Positions 1-10,142 of a DNA stretch of 64,000 bases are shown in pieces; position 1 is the first letter of the stretch, and each line of letters starts with the position of its first letter. The notes under the pieces were generated by a model. It had not been told where the DNA came from. It searched no databases and saw only the letters and a program-made list of their open reading frames with translations. Source of the stretch: Bryobacterales bacterium. Its GTDB lineage: Bacteria; Acidobacteriota; Terriglobia; Bryobacterales; Bryobacteraceae. A program made the position numbers and the translations under genes. The DNA lies in the NCBI GenBank assembly GCA_003170915.1, contig PMYB01000053.1, positions 23,921 to 87,920 of the forward strand. Reading direction: 5' to 3'.

Positions 1-42
1 GAGCCCGATGTCGGTGGCAGCGCCGGAGTGCCAGGCGTTCAT
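1..42 (-). CDS. Partial N-terminus of an unknown protein, possibly a PP2C-type Ser/Thr phosphatase; continues beyond the window
   Basis: A minus-strand ATG at 42 opens 'MNAWHSGAATDIGL' and runs off the window edge. The position downstream of an FHA gene and the early D-x-G resemble PP2C phosphatases. Only 14 codons are visible. Confidence 0.25.
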   Translation of the reverse strand, partial: MNAWHSGAATDIGL

Positions 43-146
43 CGGCGCCCCCGCGCCAGGTGGACGATCGCGAACAACACCACAAACGCCAGAAACGCGA
101 TCGCGAAAGGAATGTGCAGATTGTATGGCGCCCGCACCGTCCGCCC

Positions 147-953
147 TCACTTCCTCGCCTCGAAGGCCAGCTTCAGCACTTCCGCGATCCCGATCTCGGC
201 GCGCTCCGGCAGCGGCTCTTCCACGCCGGGGGCCAGCCGCCGCCCGTTCAGCCAGGTTCCGTTGCGGCTCTTGTCGAGGATGGCGAAGGCGCCGCTCGAC
301 GGATCGCGCCGCAGCCGCAGGTGCTCGCGCGAGACCTCGTCGCTGGTATACAGCGGCAGGTCCACCCAAAGGTCTTCGCCGCCCCGGCCGACGCTGATTT
401 CGTTCTGGGTGATGAAGTACGTCTGCGGCCCGGAATCGTCCTGGTAGCGGATCTCGCCGAACACCTGGTCCGGCTGGCGCCGCGTGCTTTCCCGATCGCG
501 CGCCACCTGCGCGATCGTAACCGCCGGCTCCCGCTCGATCAGGGTGGTCTTGACGCCGCGGAATCCGGGTGCCGCCACGTCATTCAGCTCGGAGTGAATC
601 TCCACGTCCCCCGGTGGCACGGCGCCCTCGGTATCGGCGAACATCTCGATCCACCAGTCGTTCTGCGCAATGCGGAACTGCTTGCGCGAGGTTCCGCCCC
701 GGAAGCGCGACCTTCTGCCGTTCCACTCCGCCATGCGGGCGTTCAAAGCGCGCTGGGCGTCTTCCCTGATGAGGTCCTGGACCCCCGCCAGCCGGCCGTA
801 ATCGTCCGGATGCAGGTAAATGCTGAAGATGCATGGCAGGAGAATGCTGTACCCCATCTCCAGCCCGCCCAATTCCATGTTTCGGATCAGCTCGTCGATG
901 ATGGTCTGGCCGCTGATCCTGGCCGGTGGCTGTTTCGCTCCGCTCTGGCCCAT
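147..953 (-). CDS. FHA domain-containing protein (FhaA-like N-domain plus C-terminal FHA)
   Basis: ORF track 147..1061. The C-terminus 'ISVGRG...SREHLRLRRD...ILDKSRNGTWLNGRRL' is a canonical FHA domain. The likely start is the internal 'MGQSGAK' ATG at 953; the longest ORF reaches 1061. Confidence 0.85.
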   Translation of the reverse strand: MGQSGAKQPPARISGQTIIDELIRNMELGGLEMGYSILLPCIFSIYLHPDDYGRLAGVQDLIREDAQRALNARMAEWNGRRSRFRGGTSRKQFRIAQNDWWIEMFADTEGAVPPGDVEIHSELNDVAAPGFRGVKTTLIEREPAVTIAQVARDRESTRRQPDQVFGEIRYQDDSGPQTYFITQNEISVGRGGEDLWVDLPLYTSDEVSREHLRLRRDPSSGAFAILDKSRNGTWLNGRRLAPGVEEPLPERAEIGIAEVLKLAFEARK

Positions 954-1118
954 GCTGGTATAAACCGAACTTTCAGCGGGTGCTCTCTGGGCAGGGCGAG
1001 CGCAACTCCCCGCTCCAAATCGCCATCGCCCGGACACGTAACGCAATGATAGACGAATCACGGGTCGCGGGGTTTCAGCGGACTGGAGCCGAAGGCCCTT
1101 CCGCCGGATTAAACCCCG

Positions 1119-1692
1119 TCAATCCCGATCCGTTTGTCTGGATTTGCCGACGAACCGGTTCCCCTCGACGATGAACCGCAGCGGCGCGCGCCGGCACCGC
1201 CTTGGCGCTGGGCCGGCGAGACGCGAGCGCGGGCGGTGGTATGGCACCGGTGGGGACGGGCGGAAGCATTGCACGTGCTGCCAGGTGAGGCGGGCGGGCA
1301 GGGCGGCGAATGCGCGCTCCACGATGGCGCGCAGCGATTCGGGGTCGGCGAGCGCGCGCAAGTTCAATAGAATTTCGTGGTGGGCGGATGGCGAGGCGTC
1401 GAGCGCGCCTTCGGCCTCGGCGTAACGCGCGTAGTCGATGTCCAGAGTCTTGGCGCCGGCCGGCGGCTTCCACGAGGTCGGGGAAGCGGCAGCAGAAGCA
1501 GCCGCCGGTCACCTGATCGCAGGCGACGCCCAAGGAGCCGGCGTAGCGGGTGTCCACGAGGTCGTCGCCCTGGTCGTTGAGGATGGCGGCCACGCGCAGG
1601 CCGCGCTGCTGAAGGAGGCGCGCGGCGGTGAGGATGAGGGTGGTCTTGCCGGCGCCCAGAAAACCGCCGACTACCGCGATGACGGGCTTCAC
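1119..1692 (-). pseudogene. G3E/CobW-like P-loop GTPase, frameshifted and probably internally deleted
   Basis: ORF 1075..1692 has the Walker A '[13 protein letters not shown]' and the 'GGCFCC' motif, then turns into Arg-rich nonsense. A plausible continuation ('[17 protein letters not shown]...[19 protein letters not shown]') lies in the frame of ORF 1119..1367. This implies a frameshift near 1440-1460. Confidence 0.6.
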
Positions 1693-4253
1693 AGCGCCTG
1701 CCCCTTACCTTCGGCGATGGTGGCGTTGGGCGTGGACTTCTTTCCGTTGACGGTGGCGGTGCGCACCGCGAGCGTGCCGTGATCGACACGCAGGGTGGCG
1801 CCGCCCGCGGTGACGCGGAAGGTCCCCCATCCCGTGGCAGTGCTCCAGAAACAGCGGAAGCCGGGCGCGGCCTTGATGGCGACGGACTGCTCGCCGCCGT
1901 GATAGCGGAAGCCGCTGGCGGCCAGGAGCGTGCTCCAGCTCGACATGGCGCGCGCGTAGTGGTGGCCGCACTCGGGCTCATTCCACGGGTTGCGGCGCTC
2001 GCCATCGTAGCGCGCACGCACGTTGCGGACGGCTTCGACGCCTTCGCGCGTCATGCCGGCGAAGAGCAGATGGGCCGCGGCGAGGTACTCCAGGCCGGTC
2101 CAGGATTCGGCGTAGTAGGGAAAGGGCACGTGCGGGCGCTCGGCCTTGCCGTAGTCGCAAACCATGAGGGCGGGCTCGTCGTTGAGCACGTAGGTGCGCT
2201 CGACGCAATCGTGCCCGGCGAGCGTGCGCTTGTAGTTGTAGCGCCAGATGGATTCGAGGGTTTTGCGGATGTTGGCGGTGGAGACCAGCGGGCCGAGGCC
2301 GGCGACCTCGGCGAGATACTGGCCGATCAACTGATCGAGCAGACAGCCGCCGCCGACCTGGTATTCGGGGGTTTCGGTGTTGGCCGAGCCGCTGTCGCCC
2401 ATCAGGTTGGGCGCGATCTTGTCCTTGGCGACGCCGCGGATTTTCTGGATGTAGAACTCGCCGTTGAAAAGGTTGGCGTCGATCCACTTGCTGCCGCGCT
2501 CGAACACCGCGCGATACTCCGCCGCGCTGGCGGTGTCGCCCACGGCGCGGGCCATCTCCTCGCCGGCGCGGAGCGCACCCAGATAGTAGATGCCGCATTG
2601 CGGGTTGGGGCCGTAGAACTCGACATCGTAGGTGTTGTGCTGCACACCGGTGAGGACGCCGTCTTTGCCGGCGTCCCAGCCGCCCGGGACCCAGGCGAAC
2701 TCGATGGCCTTCTTGATGCGCGGCCACATTTCGCGGAGCCACGCGGTGTCGCCGGAAAGGAGCCAGTCCAGGTAGGCGTGCATGATCTGGCCCATTTGGC
2801 CATCGGCGGCGGCGAAGCCGAAGCTGTCGCCTCGGTGGGGAAGGCGCTCGCGGAAACGGATGCCGCCGGCGTTGTCGAGCTGGTAGCCGAAGGCGGAGCC
2901 GCGCAGCGAGCGGGCGAAGCTCGGGAAGATGTGGGCGGTGGCGGTCTCATAGTTCCAGACGTGTGCGCAACTTCCGTGGCAGCAGCCTGCGTGGTCGTTG
3001 GCGCCTTCGAAGCCGTGGAATTCGCCGTCGGCGGTGCGGAAGCAGACGGGCGTGACCAGGGTGGAGAGGTTGGCGCTGGCGGCGTCCTTGATGGCGGCGG
3101 GGATGGTGGACTCGCGCATGGCGGCGGCAAACCGGCGGGTCTTCTTCTCGAGGGTTTCCAGGTGTTCGGCGGCGTATTCGGCGGCGGCCCAGGCGTCGGG
3201 GAAGCGCGTGGTGTAGTGGTTGCCGATCAGGGTGTCTTCATCGCCGCGCGCGGCGGTCCAGCCGCAGCGGCGCGGCGTGCGGTTGGGGAAATGCCAGGCG
3301 AGAAGGAACGTGTAATCGGCGTGGGCGCCGGGCGCGATGGTGCGGCCGAGCGAAAGCGCGCCCACCAGACCGGGGTCCTTCGACTCGGGGCCGAGTTCGC
3401 CATCGGCGGAAAAGTCGTCCCAGAAAAACATGGGCGAGTTCCACCAGCGACTGCGCTCCCATCCGCGAAGGTAGGTGACCCGGGCGCCGGCGGAATCGAG
3501 CACGGAGAGCACGAAGCTGCCTTTGAGCGCGTCGTTGCCGGGCAGTTCCGGGCTGGTCATGAGAATGCCGGCCAGCCGTTCGGAAGTTTTATATTCGTTG
3601 ACGCGCGTGTCCTTGGCCTGGGTGCGGCCGGTAGGATTGTCGATGGACCAGGCGATGGAGACCTTGGCCGACGCCGTGCCGGGGTTGGTGACGCGGTAGC
3701 GCAGGATGGCGACCGGCAGGCCGGACTCGTCGGGTTCGTGGGGGATGAAGGGCGAGAAGGCTTCGAGCGTGATTTTGACGGGCAAGGTGGAATCGGAGAA
3801 GTCGACGCGCGCCAGCGGGAATTCGCCGGTGAAGGTTGCCGAGGCGAGGCGCGTGAGGCCGGGCGCGTTTTGCGCGCCAAGCCCGCTGGAGCCTTCGAAG
3901 GGCGGCTGGATGCGCGATTCGAGCACCCGGGCGACGGGCTTGCGGTTGCCGGCCTGCGCCCAGATAGCGGGGAAGGCGTAGGAGGGCGCGTTGCCTTTGT
4001 CGGGACGGTTGAAGATCTCCCAATCGCGAAGCTGCCCGCGCCCTCCGAGGCTGACGCACCCGGCGCAGACGCCGCCGAGCGGGAAGGCGATGGCGGTGAG
4101 ACGCCGTCCGGTGAAGACACGGGGGAACGCGATTTCGGGAGCGGCGGGCGATGTTGGCGCGGCCGCGGCCGGCGCTGGGGTTTGCGCGGCGGCCTGAGTG
4201 GCGGCGCTGGCAAGGGTCATCTGCTTGAGGAAGGTGCGGCGCTTAGTGGACAT
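1689..4253 (-). CDS. GH116-family beta-glucosidase / glucosylceramidase-like glycoside hydrolase, Tat signal
   Basis: 854-aa ORF. It has the twin-arginine leader '[12 protein letters not shown]...AAAQ'. The N-domain '[28 protein letters not shown]' and the long (alpha/alpha)6-type C-region are typical of GH116/GBA2-like enzymes. Confidence 0.85.
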   Translation of the reverse strand: MSTKRRTFLKQMTLASAATQAAAQTPAPAAAAPTSPAAPEIAFPRVFTGRRLTAIAFPLGGVCAGCVSLGGRGQLRDWEIFNRPDKGNAPSYAFPAIWAQAGNRKPVARVLESRIQPPFEGSSGLGAQNAPGLTRLASATFTGEFPLARVDFSDSTLPVKITLEAFSPFIPHEPDESGLPVAILRYRVTNPGTASAKVSIAWSIDNPTGRTQAKDTRVNEYKTSERLAGILMTSPELPGNDALKGSFVLSVLDSAGARVTYLRGWERSRWWNSPMFFWDDFSADGELGPESKDPGLVGALSLGRTIAPGAHADYTFLLAWHFPNRTPRRCGWTAARGDEDTLIGNHYTTRFPDAWAAAEYAAEHLETLEKKTRRFAAAMRESTIPAAIKDAASANLSTLVTPVCFRTADGEFHGFEGANDHAGCCHGSCAHVWNYETATAHIFPSFARSLRGSAFGYQLDNAGGIRFRERLPHRGDSFGFAAADGQMGQIMHAYLDWLLSGDTAWLREMWPRIKKAIEFAWVPGGWDAGKDGVLTGVQHNTYDVEFYGPNPQCGIYYLGALRAGEEMARAVGDTASAAEYRAVFERGSKWIDANLFNGEFYIQKIRGVAKDKIAPNLMGDSGSANTETPEYQVGGGCLLDQLIGQYLAEVAGLGPLVSTANIRKTLESIWRYNYKRTLAGHDCVERTYVLNDEPALMVCDYGKAERPHVPFPYYAESWTGLEYLAAAHLLFAGMTREGVEAVRNVRARYDGERRNPWNEPECGHHYARAMSSWSTLLAASGFRYHGGEQSVAIKAAPGFRCFWSTATGWGTFRVTAGGATLRVDHGTLAVRTATVNGKKSTPNATIAEGKGQAL

Positions 4254-4415
4254 CAGGTATAGAGTAATCCCGGACGAGGGAGAGTGGGGAAGGGGGGCTG
4301 TTGAATTGCGGTAAGCGGATGGGCGACTGCTCCTCGTCGGGCTTTCCGCTCCTACCGCGTGCTAATCTCTCCCGATAGGAGGTAAAACGGTTGCCATGGG
4401 AGACGTGGGGAACCG

Positions 4416-6959
4416 ATGAACTCGGACAAAAACTTTAGGGCAGATCGGCGACTTGCCTTACTCAGGGTGGTATGGCTCGCCTGTGCGCTGGCGGGCGGCT
4501 GTGCGTTTGGGCAGAACGCTCCATGGCCAGCCGCCGCGGGCGAGTATCGCATCCACATGATCGGGCAGGCGCATATCGACCCGGTATGGCTGTGGCCGTG
4601 GCCCGAAGGATTGTCAGTCGTTCACAGCACCTTCCGCTCGGCCCTCGACCGCATGAACGAGACGCCGGACTTCGCCTTCACCGCCAGCTCGGCGCAGTTT
4701 TATGAATGGGTCGCCGAGAACGATCCGGCCATGCTCGCCGAAATCCGCAAGCGTGTGGAGGAGGGCCGCTGGGGGCTGGTGGGCGGCTGGTGGGTCGAAC
4801 CCGACGTGAACATCCCCAGCGGCGAATCGCTGGTGCGGCAAGGCCTCTATGGGCAGCTAACCTACAAGCGCCTGCTCGGCCGCATCGCGCATGTCGCGTA
4901 CAATCCCGACTCCTTCGGGCATCCCGGCACGCTTCCCCAAATCCTCCGGCTCCAGGGAATGGAGGATTACGTCTTCATGCGTCCCATGCCGCGCGAGAAG
5001 ACGCTGCCCGCCGACGTGTTCTGGTGGCGCGCGCCGGACGGCAGCCGTGTTCTTACTTACCGGATCCCTTACAGTTACAACGACGAGGGCTCGGTCCGGG
5101 CGCGCATCAGCCGCACGCTCGACCTGAAGGAACCTACCCGTACGATGATGGCGTTCTACGGCGCGGGCGACCATGGGGGCGGGGCTACCAAGGAGAATAT
5201 CCGGTCGATTCAGGAAATCAAAGGTGAGACTGGCGCGCCCGTGCTGCTCTACAGCACGCCGGACCGGTACTTTGACGAGATCCGCAAGTCTCCGCCGGAT
5301 TTCCCCGAAGTGCAGGGCGATCTGCAGCATCACTCGGTCGGCTGCTATACGGCCGAAGCGACGGTCAAAAAGCTGAACCGCACCGCGGAGCTGGCGCTCA
5401 CGACGGCCGAAAAGATAGCCGCGATCGGTGCGGCGGTCTGGGGCGCGGCCTATCCCAAAGCGTCGTTCACTTCCGCGTGGAAGCGGGTGCTTTTCTTGCA
5501 GTTCCACGATAGCCTGGCGGGCACCGCTTTGCCCGAGCATTACCAGACGGCGGTGCCCCAGGGATACGGCTACGCCATGGATATTGCGAACCAGGCCATG
5601 TACCTGGCGGCGCAGAAACTGGCGTGGGACGTCCCGGCCGCCGACCCGGATTCGAAATACCTGCTGGTGTTCAATCCGCATGCCTGGGAGGTGACCGCAA
5701 ATATCGAGTACGATATCGGGTTCGCGCCCGAAACTCCTCTGTCCGTCGAGGACGAGAACGGCCACCCAGTGCCGCACCAAGCCACGCCGCCATCGAGCGA
5801 AGTCAATGGCCGCGAACGGCTGATCGTCCGCACGCCCTTGCCCGCGTTCGGTTATCGCCAGATCCGGATTCGGCGAACGCAGCCGGCATCGACCGCCGCG
5901 GGTGTCCACGCTGACGAAAAGACCCTCGAAAACGAGCGCGTGCGGGTGACGTTCGGCGCGGACGGTGGCATTGCGCTGTTCGATAAAGACGCGGGCGCCG
6001 AGGTCTTCGCCGGAGGCGCCGCCGGGGCGCGCGCGGTGGTGCTAGACGATCCCAGCGATACCTGGAGCCACGATGTGCGCGGGTACGATCGGGCGATCGG
6101 TGCGTTCGGCAATGCCAAGATCATGGTGATGGAGAACGGTCCGCTCCGTGCCCGCGTGCGAGTGACCACCACCTATGGGGCATCGACCCTGGCCACCGAT
6201 TGGCTGCTCTACGCCGGCGCACCGACCCTGGAAGCGCGTGTTTCGCTGGATTGGCACGAACATCGAAAAATGATGAAGTTCTCGTTCCCCGTGGACATAA
6301 CGTCGCCCAGCCCGACGTATGAAATCGCCTATGGGCATCTCGCTCGCGAAGCCACGGGAGATGAGGAGCCGGGGCAGCGCTGGATCGATCTCGGTGGCAC
6401 GCGTAATGGCGTCGAGTACGGACTGGCCGTGATTAACGATGCCAAATACGGCTACAGCGTGGCCGGCAACGATATGCGCATTTCGGTGGTGCGCGGGGCG
6501 CCCTACGCTCATCACATTCCCCACGTGCTGGCCCCGCGCCCCGACATTCTCTGGCAGGATCAAGGATCGCAGACATTCCGTATGTTGCTCATGCCGCACC
6601 GGGGGGGCCGGCAGGAAGCCGCCATCCAACGTGCCGCCGAGGAGTTTACCGCGCCCATCCCCGTCATCTATCAAGGCATCCACGGGGGCCGGCGGCGGCA
6701 ATCGGATTCATTCGTGGTGGTGGATGCTCCGAATATTGTGGTTTCGACGATCAAGCAGGCCGAGGACAACGACGATCTGATCTTCCGGTGTTACGAAACC
6801 GCGGGACACGCCGCCACGGCGTCGCTCGACTTGCGATTCGCCCAACGGAAATGGACGGGCAATTTCCGGCCCTCGGAGATCAAAACGCTGCGATTCAATT
6901 CGCGCAGCGGCGTGATTCGCGAGGTGGACGTGCTCGAAGAAGAGGCTCCCCGAGAATGA
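4416..6959 (+). CDS. GH38 alpha-mannosidase
   Basis: 847-aa ORF with an N-terminal hydrophobic leader. 'GQAHIDPVWLWPWPEG', 'NPDSFGH' and 'LQFHDSLAGT' are GH38 hallmarks. Confidence 0.9.
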   Translation: MNSDKNFRADRRLALLRVVWLACALAGGCAFGQNAPWPAAAGEYRIHMIGQAHIDPVWLWPWPEGLSVVHSTFRSALDRMNETPDFAFTASSAQFYEWVAENDPAMLAEIRKRVEEGRWGLVGGWWVEPDVNIPSGESLVRQGLYGQLTYKRLLGRIAHVAYNPDSFGHPGTLPQILRLQGMEDYVFMRPMPREKTLPADVFWWRAPDGSRVLTYRIPYSYNDEGSVRARISRTLDLKEPTRTMMAFYGAGDHGGGATKENIRSIQEIKGETGAPVLLYSTPDRYFDEIRKSPPDFPEVQGDLQHHSVGCYTAEATVKKLNRTAELALTTAEKIAAIGAAVWGAAYPKASFTSAWKRVLFLQFHDSLAGTALPEHYQTAVPQGYGYAMDIANQAMYLAAQKLAWDVPAADPDSKYLLVFNPHAWEVTANIEYDIGFAPETPLSVEDENGHPVPHQATPPSSEVNGRERLIVRTPLPAFGYRQIRIRRTQPASTAAGVHADEKTLENERVRVTFGADGGIALFDKDAGAEVFAGGAAGARAVVLDDPSDTWSHDVRGYDRAIGAFGNAKIMVMENGPLRARVRVTTTYGASTLATDWLLYAGAPTLEARVSLDWHEHRKMMKFSFPVDITSPSPTYEIAYGHLAREATGDEEPGQRWIDLGGTRNGVEYGLAVINDAKYGYSVAGNDMRISVVRGAPYAHHIPHVLAPRPDILWQDQGSQTFRMLLMPHRGGRQEAAIQRAAEEFTAPIPVIYQGIHGGRRRQSDSFVVVDAPNIVVSTIKQAEDNDDLIFRCYETAGHAATASLDLRFAQRKWTGNFRPSEIKTLRFNSRSGVIREVDVLEEEAPRE

Positions 6960-7891
6960 GCGGGAACCTTTGGGTCGGAGTCGATATCGGCGGCACCAAG
7001 ACGGCCGTAGTCCTGTCGGAGAGTCCACCGAGCGTGCTCTGCCGCAGCGAGTTCCCCACGTTACCCGCCGAAGGCCCCCAGCGCGCCATCGATATGATCG
7101 TCGGCGGCATCGATGAATCGCTTCGCGCGCGCGGTTTCGATCGCTCCGCGCTCCGGTCCATCGGGGTAAGCTGCGGCGGACCGCTGAATTCCACAACCGG
7201 CGTGATTTGCGCGCCGCCTAATCTCTGGACCTGGGTGGACGTCCCCATTACGTCCATTCTCAAATCGGAATTTGGCGTACCCTGCGGTCTGGAAAACGAT
7301 GCCAACGCGGGTGCCGTAGCCGAGCACCGTTTCGGTGCGGGGCGCGGCGCCCGGAATATGATTTTCCTCACCATGGGAACTGGTCTCGGCGCGGGTATCA
7401 TAGCCGATGGCCGCCTTTACCGCGGCGCCTGCGACGCGGCGGGCGAAATCGGGCATGTGCGCCTCACACGCGGCGGCCCGATCGGATATCGCAAGGCCGG
7501 TTCCGTCGAAGGATGGGCCAGCGGCGGCGGCCTTGGCCGCATTGCTACCAAGGTGTTCGGAGAGGGCCGCGAACTGACCGCACGCGATGTTGCCGAAGCC
7601 GCTCGAGCCGGCGACCAACGCGCCCGCAAACTCATCCGCTCTACCGGCCGCCGCTTGGGCGAGACACTGGCGATACTGGTGGACATTCTCAACCCGGAGC
7701 GCATTGTCATCGGGGGTCTGGCTATGCGATTGGGCGACGATCTCCTCAGGCCCGCCCGCGCCGTCTTGCGGCGCGAAGCTTTGAGCGCCTCCGTGGCAGC
7801 CTGCGAAATCGTGCCGGCCGCTCTCAACGAACAAATCGGCGACCTCGCCGCGCTGTGCGTCGCTTTGGATGAAGCGCTGAAAACCTCCTAA
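6956..7891 (+). CDS. ROK family sugar kinase
   Basis: Internal ATG at 6956 forms an ATGA overlap with the GH38 stop. 'LWVGVDIGGTKTAVVL' is the ASKHA phosphate-1 motif, and 'ENDANAGAVAE' and 'GTGLGAGII' are typical ROK motifs. Confidence 0.85.
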   Translation: MSGNLWVGVDIGGTKTAVVLSESPPSVLCRSEFPTLPAEGPQRAIDMIVGGIDESLRARGFDRSALRSIGVSCGGPLNSTTGVICAPPNLWTWVDVPITSILKSEFGVPCGLENDANAGAVAEHRFGAGRGARNMIFLTMGTGLGAGIIADGRLYRGACDAAGEIGHVRLTRGGPIGYRKAGSVEGWASGGGLGRIATKVFGEGRELTARDVAEAARAGDQRARKLIRSTGRRLGETLAILVDILNPERIVIGGLAMRLGDDLLRPARAVLRREALSASVAACEIVPAALNEQIGDLAALCVALDEALKTS

Positions 7892-7914
7892 GCGGCTGGT
7901 GCGGGCGAGCCGTC

Positions 7915-8922
7915 CTAAACCGCGACCGGAGGCACTAGCGTCTTCAGGAATTCGTGCGCCAGATGGAAACCGCGCTTGAATTGTGGAGTGAAATCGGCCC
8001 CTTGGTAATTCGGGTAGTAGAACTCGTCTTCGTTCTCGATGTTCATGGCCCCGCTATAGCCGGCTTCCGCCAGCACCGAAAAGAGCCCCTTCCAATCGAT
8101 CGATCCCTCGCCGGGCAACCGGAAGCGCCACCACCGGGTATTGTCGACCGGCTGAATTCCGGTGCGGCGCAACACGTGCCAGAGGATCTCGGTGTCTTTG
8201 AGGTGCACGTCGTAAATCTTGTTGACGAAGTCGCGAGCGGCCTCGACCGGGTCCATGAATTGCCAAACCAGATGGGAGGGGTCGAACTGCAAGCCGACCC
8301 AGGGGCTGTCTTTGAACGCTTTGAAGAGGGCCTCCCAGCCTACCGGACCGGTGGCGATGGTGGGTGCCCCGGCGTAGGGTTCCCACAGCATGCGGACCTT
8401 GTTCTTTTCGCACACCGGGAAGTACTTCTCCGTGTAGACCTTCACGATCTCATCCACTTGCTGCTGCAAGGGCCGGCCCTTGATGGCGCCGGATGGTCCC
8501 CCGATGTTCGGAATCCCCAGCTTGCCGCACAATTCGAGGGTCTTGATGGTCTTCTGGATCTGGCGGTCGCGCAGTGTGAGGTCGGGGTCGATGTGGTTCC
8601 CATCGCAACCCATCGAGGAGATGTAGATGCCGGACGCCTGGATCTTGTCCTTCAGGGCAGCGATGGCAGCGTCGTCCAAGCGTTCGGGATTGAGCTGGAG
8701 TTGCATGCTGGTAAAGCCTTCGGCCTTGACGAACTCCAGGTTGGCGTCGGAATACTGGCCGAGGACGCCGAGTTTGGGCTTCCAACTCGGGACCCGGTTG
8801 CGCTGCGCCTGGCCGGCGGCAGCCGCGGACATGGCAGTCAGAACGGTGCGTCGTGTGATGGTCACGAAACGAAGATAGTGCAACTGAGGGTCCATGCGCA
8901 AGTTAGCTGGCGCTGAATCCAT
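7915..8922 (-). CDS. Xylose-isomerase-like TIM-barrel protein (sugar phosphate isomerase/epimerase family), Tat signal
   Basis: 335-aa ORF with the twin-arginine leader 'TRRTVLTAMSAAAAGQA'. The body has the AP-endonuclease-2/xylose-isomerase-like pattern ('LGIPNIGGPSG', 'WEPY', 'DPSHLVWQ', 'NIENED'). An alternative start is at 8895. Confidence 0.8.
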   Translation of the reverse strand: MDSAPANLRMDPQLHYLRFVTITRRTVLTAMSAAAAGQAQRNRVPSWKPKLGVLGQYSDANLEFVKAEGFTSMQLQLNPERLDDAAIAALKDKIQASGIYISSMGCDGNHIDPDLTLRDRQIQKTIKTLELCGKLGIPNIGGPSGAIKGRPLQQQVDEIVKVYTEKYFPVCEKNKVRMLWEPYAGAPTIATGPVGWEALFKAFKDSPWVGLQFDPSHLVWQFMDPVEAARDFVNKIYDVHLKDTEILWHVLRRTGIQPVDNTRWWRFRLPGEGSIDWKGLFSVLAEAGYSGAMNIENEDEFYYPNYQGADFTPQFKRGFHLAHEFLKTLVPPVAV

Positions 8923-10075
8923 CGGCGCTCATGTGCGCCTGCCGGCCCTCATGGAATGCCACGTTCGCCAGGTGCGGGCCGGATACGGCACTGGCGCCTA
9001 CTTCCACCGGCGCATTGGGCTCCTGGCGGGACTTGACGCAATCCAGAAAATTCTGAATGTGCGTCTCGATGGGAATGGGAGCGGCCACGGTCTGCACCGG
9101 ATCGGGGTTCCTGGGTACCGGCTCTTTCCAGATGCGGTAGCCGGCATTGTTCAGGATCATGGTGCCCTCGTCGCCCTGGAACTGAATCGACCAATCGTTG
9201 TCGTACGAGTTGCAGTAATTCAAAGTCCAGGTAGCCATGAAGTTCGGGTATTCGAAGACCGCGCAGAAAACATCCGGCACTTCCGCGCCGGCGTTCTTGG
9301 CCCTCTGGCCGTAGCACACGGCCGAACGCGGCACTCCCGAATCCGTGAACCACTGGACCACGTCCATCAGGTGCGTCCCTTGGTCCGTCATGTTTCCGCC
9401 CGAATAATCCCAAAAGTAGCGCCAGGAGCGGAAACGCATGGGCTCCAGATCGCGATCCGGCGCCGGGCCGAGGAATCGTTTCCAATCCAGGCTGCCGGGA
9501 AGCGGTTGGTTGTCGAGCGGCTTGGAGACGTTCCAATTCCACATGGGCTTGACCAGCGTGATTCTGCCGAGAATGCCACTATCGACAATCTTTTTGGCGG
9601 CCATCACCGAAGGCGCGCTCCGCCTCTGCATCCCCACCTGGACAATTTGCGAAGTCTTGCGCACGGCTTCGATCATCTGCTTACTTTGTGCCAGCGAATG
9701 GGACATCGGCTTTTCCAGGTAGACGTCCTTGTGCGCCGCCAGCGCCGCAAAGAGCATGGGGGCGTGCTGATGGTCGGGCGTCGCAACGATCACGGCGTCC
9801 AAGCCCGAATGCGAAAGCAGGTCGTGGTGATCCAGGTACGCTCTGGCGCCGGGCGAATCCTTCTGTGCCGCCTGCAGATGGGGTTCATACACCTCGGCGA
9901 TGGCTATGCACTCGGCGCCCAGCTTTTTGAAATTGACGTTGAGGTAGCGGCCTCGCCCGCCGGCGCCGATCAGGCCATATGCAAGGCGATCATTCGCGCC
10001 CCACGCGCTGCGCGGGACGAACAACGGCGCGGCCGTCAAAGCCGATGTAAGGAAAGCCCGGCGATTGGGATGCAT
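8903..10075 (-). CDS. Gfo/Idh/MocA family oxidoreductase, Tat signal
   Basis: Start taken at 'MHPNRRAFLTSALTAAPLF' (10075; the ORF track extends to 10204). It has the Rossmann motif 'YGLIGAGGRGRY' and 'VYLEKPM', typical of Gfo/Idh/MocA. Its 3' end overlaps the longest ORF of the next gene. Confidence 0.85.
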   Translation of the reverse strand: MHPNRRAFLTSALTAAPLFVPRSAWGANDRLAYGLIGAGGRGRYLNVNFKKLGAECIAIAEVYEPHLQAAQKDSPGARAYLDHHDLLSHSGLDAVIVATPDHQHAPMLFAALAAHKDVYLEKPMSHSLAQSKQMIEAVRKTSQIVQVGMQRRSAPSVMAAKKIVDSGILGRITLVKPMWNWNVSKPLDNQPLPGSLDWKRFLGPAPDRDLEPMRFRSWRYFWDYSGGNMTDQGTHLMDVVQWFTDSGVPRSAVCYGQRAKNAGAEVPDVFCAVFEYPNFMATWTLNYCNSYDNDWSIQFQGDEGTMILNNAGYRIWKEPVPRNPDPVQTVAAPIPIETHIQNFLDCVKSRQEPNAPVEVGASAVSGPHLANVAFHEGRQAHMSADGFSAS

Positions 10076-10142
10076 AGCGTTCACTATAGTCCGGCAGAAC
10101 GGCTGCCGCAAGGCCGCGGCGGGAGCGTGGATCGTCGTCCCG

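Noticed and set aside
39-137. 32-codon minus-strand ORF (GTG start) encoding a hydrophobic peptide 'VRAPYNLHIPFAIAFLAFVVLFAIVHLARGRR' between the FHA gene and the window-edge gene
   Set aside because: It is too short to support from sequence alone, although it is flanked by ATGA-type coupling. It is kept only as a note.
1779-4262. 827-aa plus-strand ORF
   Set aside because: It is antisense to the GH116 gene and has Gly/Ala/Arg-rich low-complexity content typical of shadow ORFs in high-GC DNA. It has no motifs.
6601-6607. G7 homopolymer inside the GH38 gene, and similar G7/C7 runs at 20575-20581, 25063-25069, 32978-32984 and 63364-63370, as phase-variation tracts
   Set aside because: The GH38 frame is intact, and such runs are expected by chance at this GC content. 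Only the G5 run in the 54.2-kb transposase remnant coincides with a frameshift.
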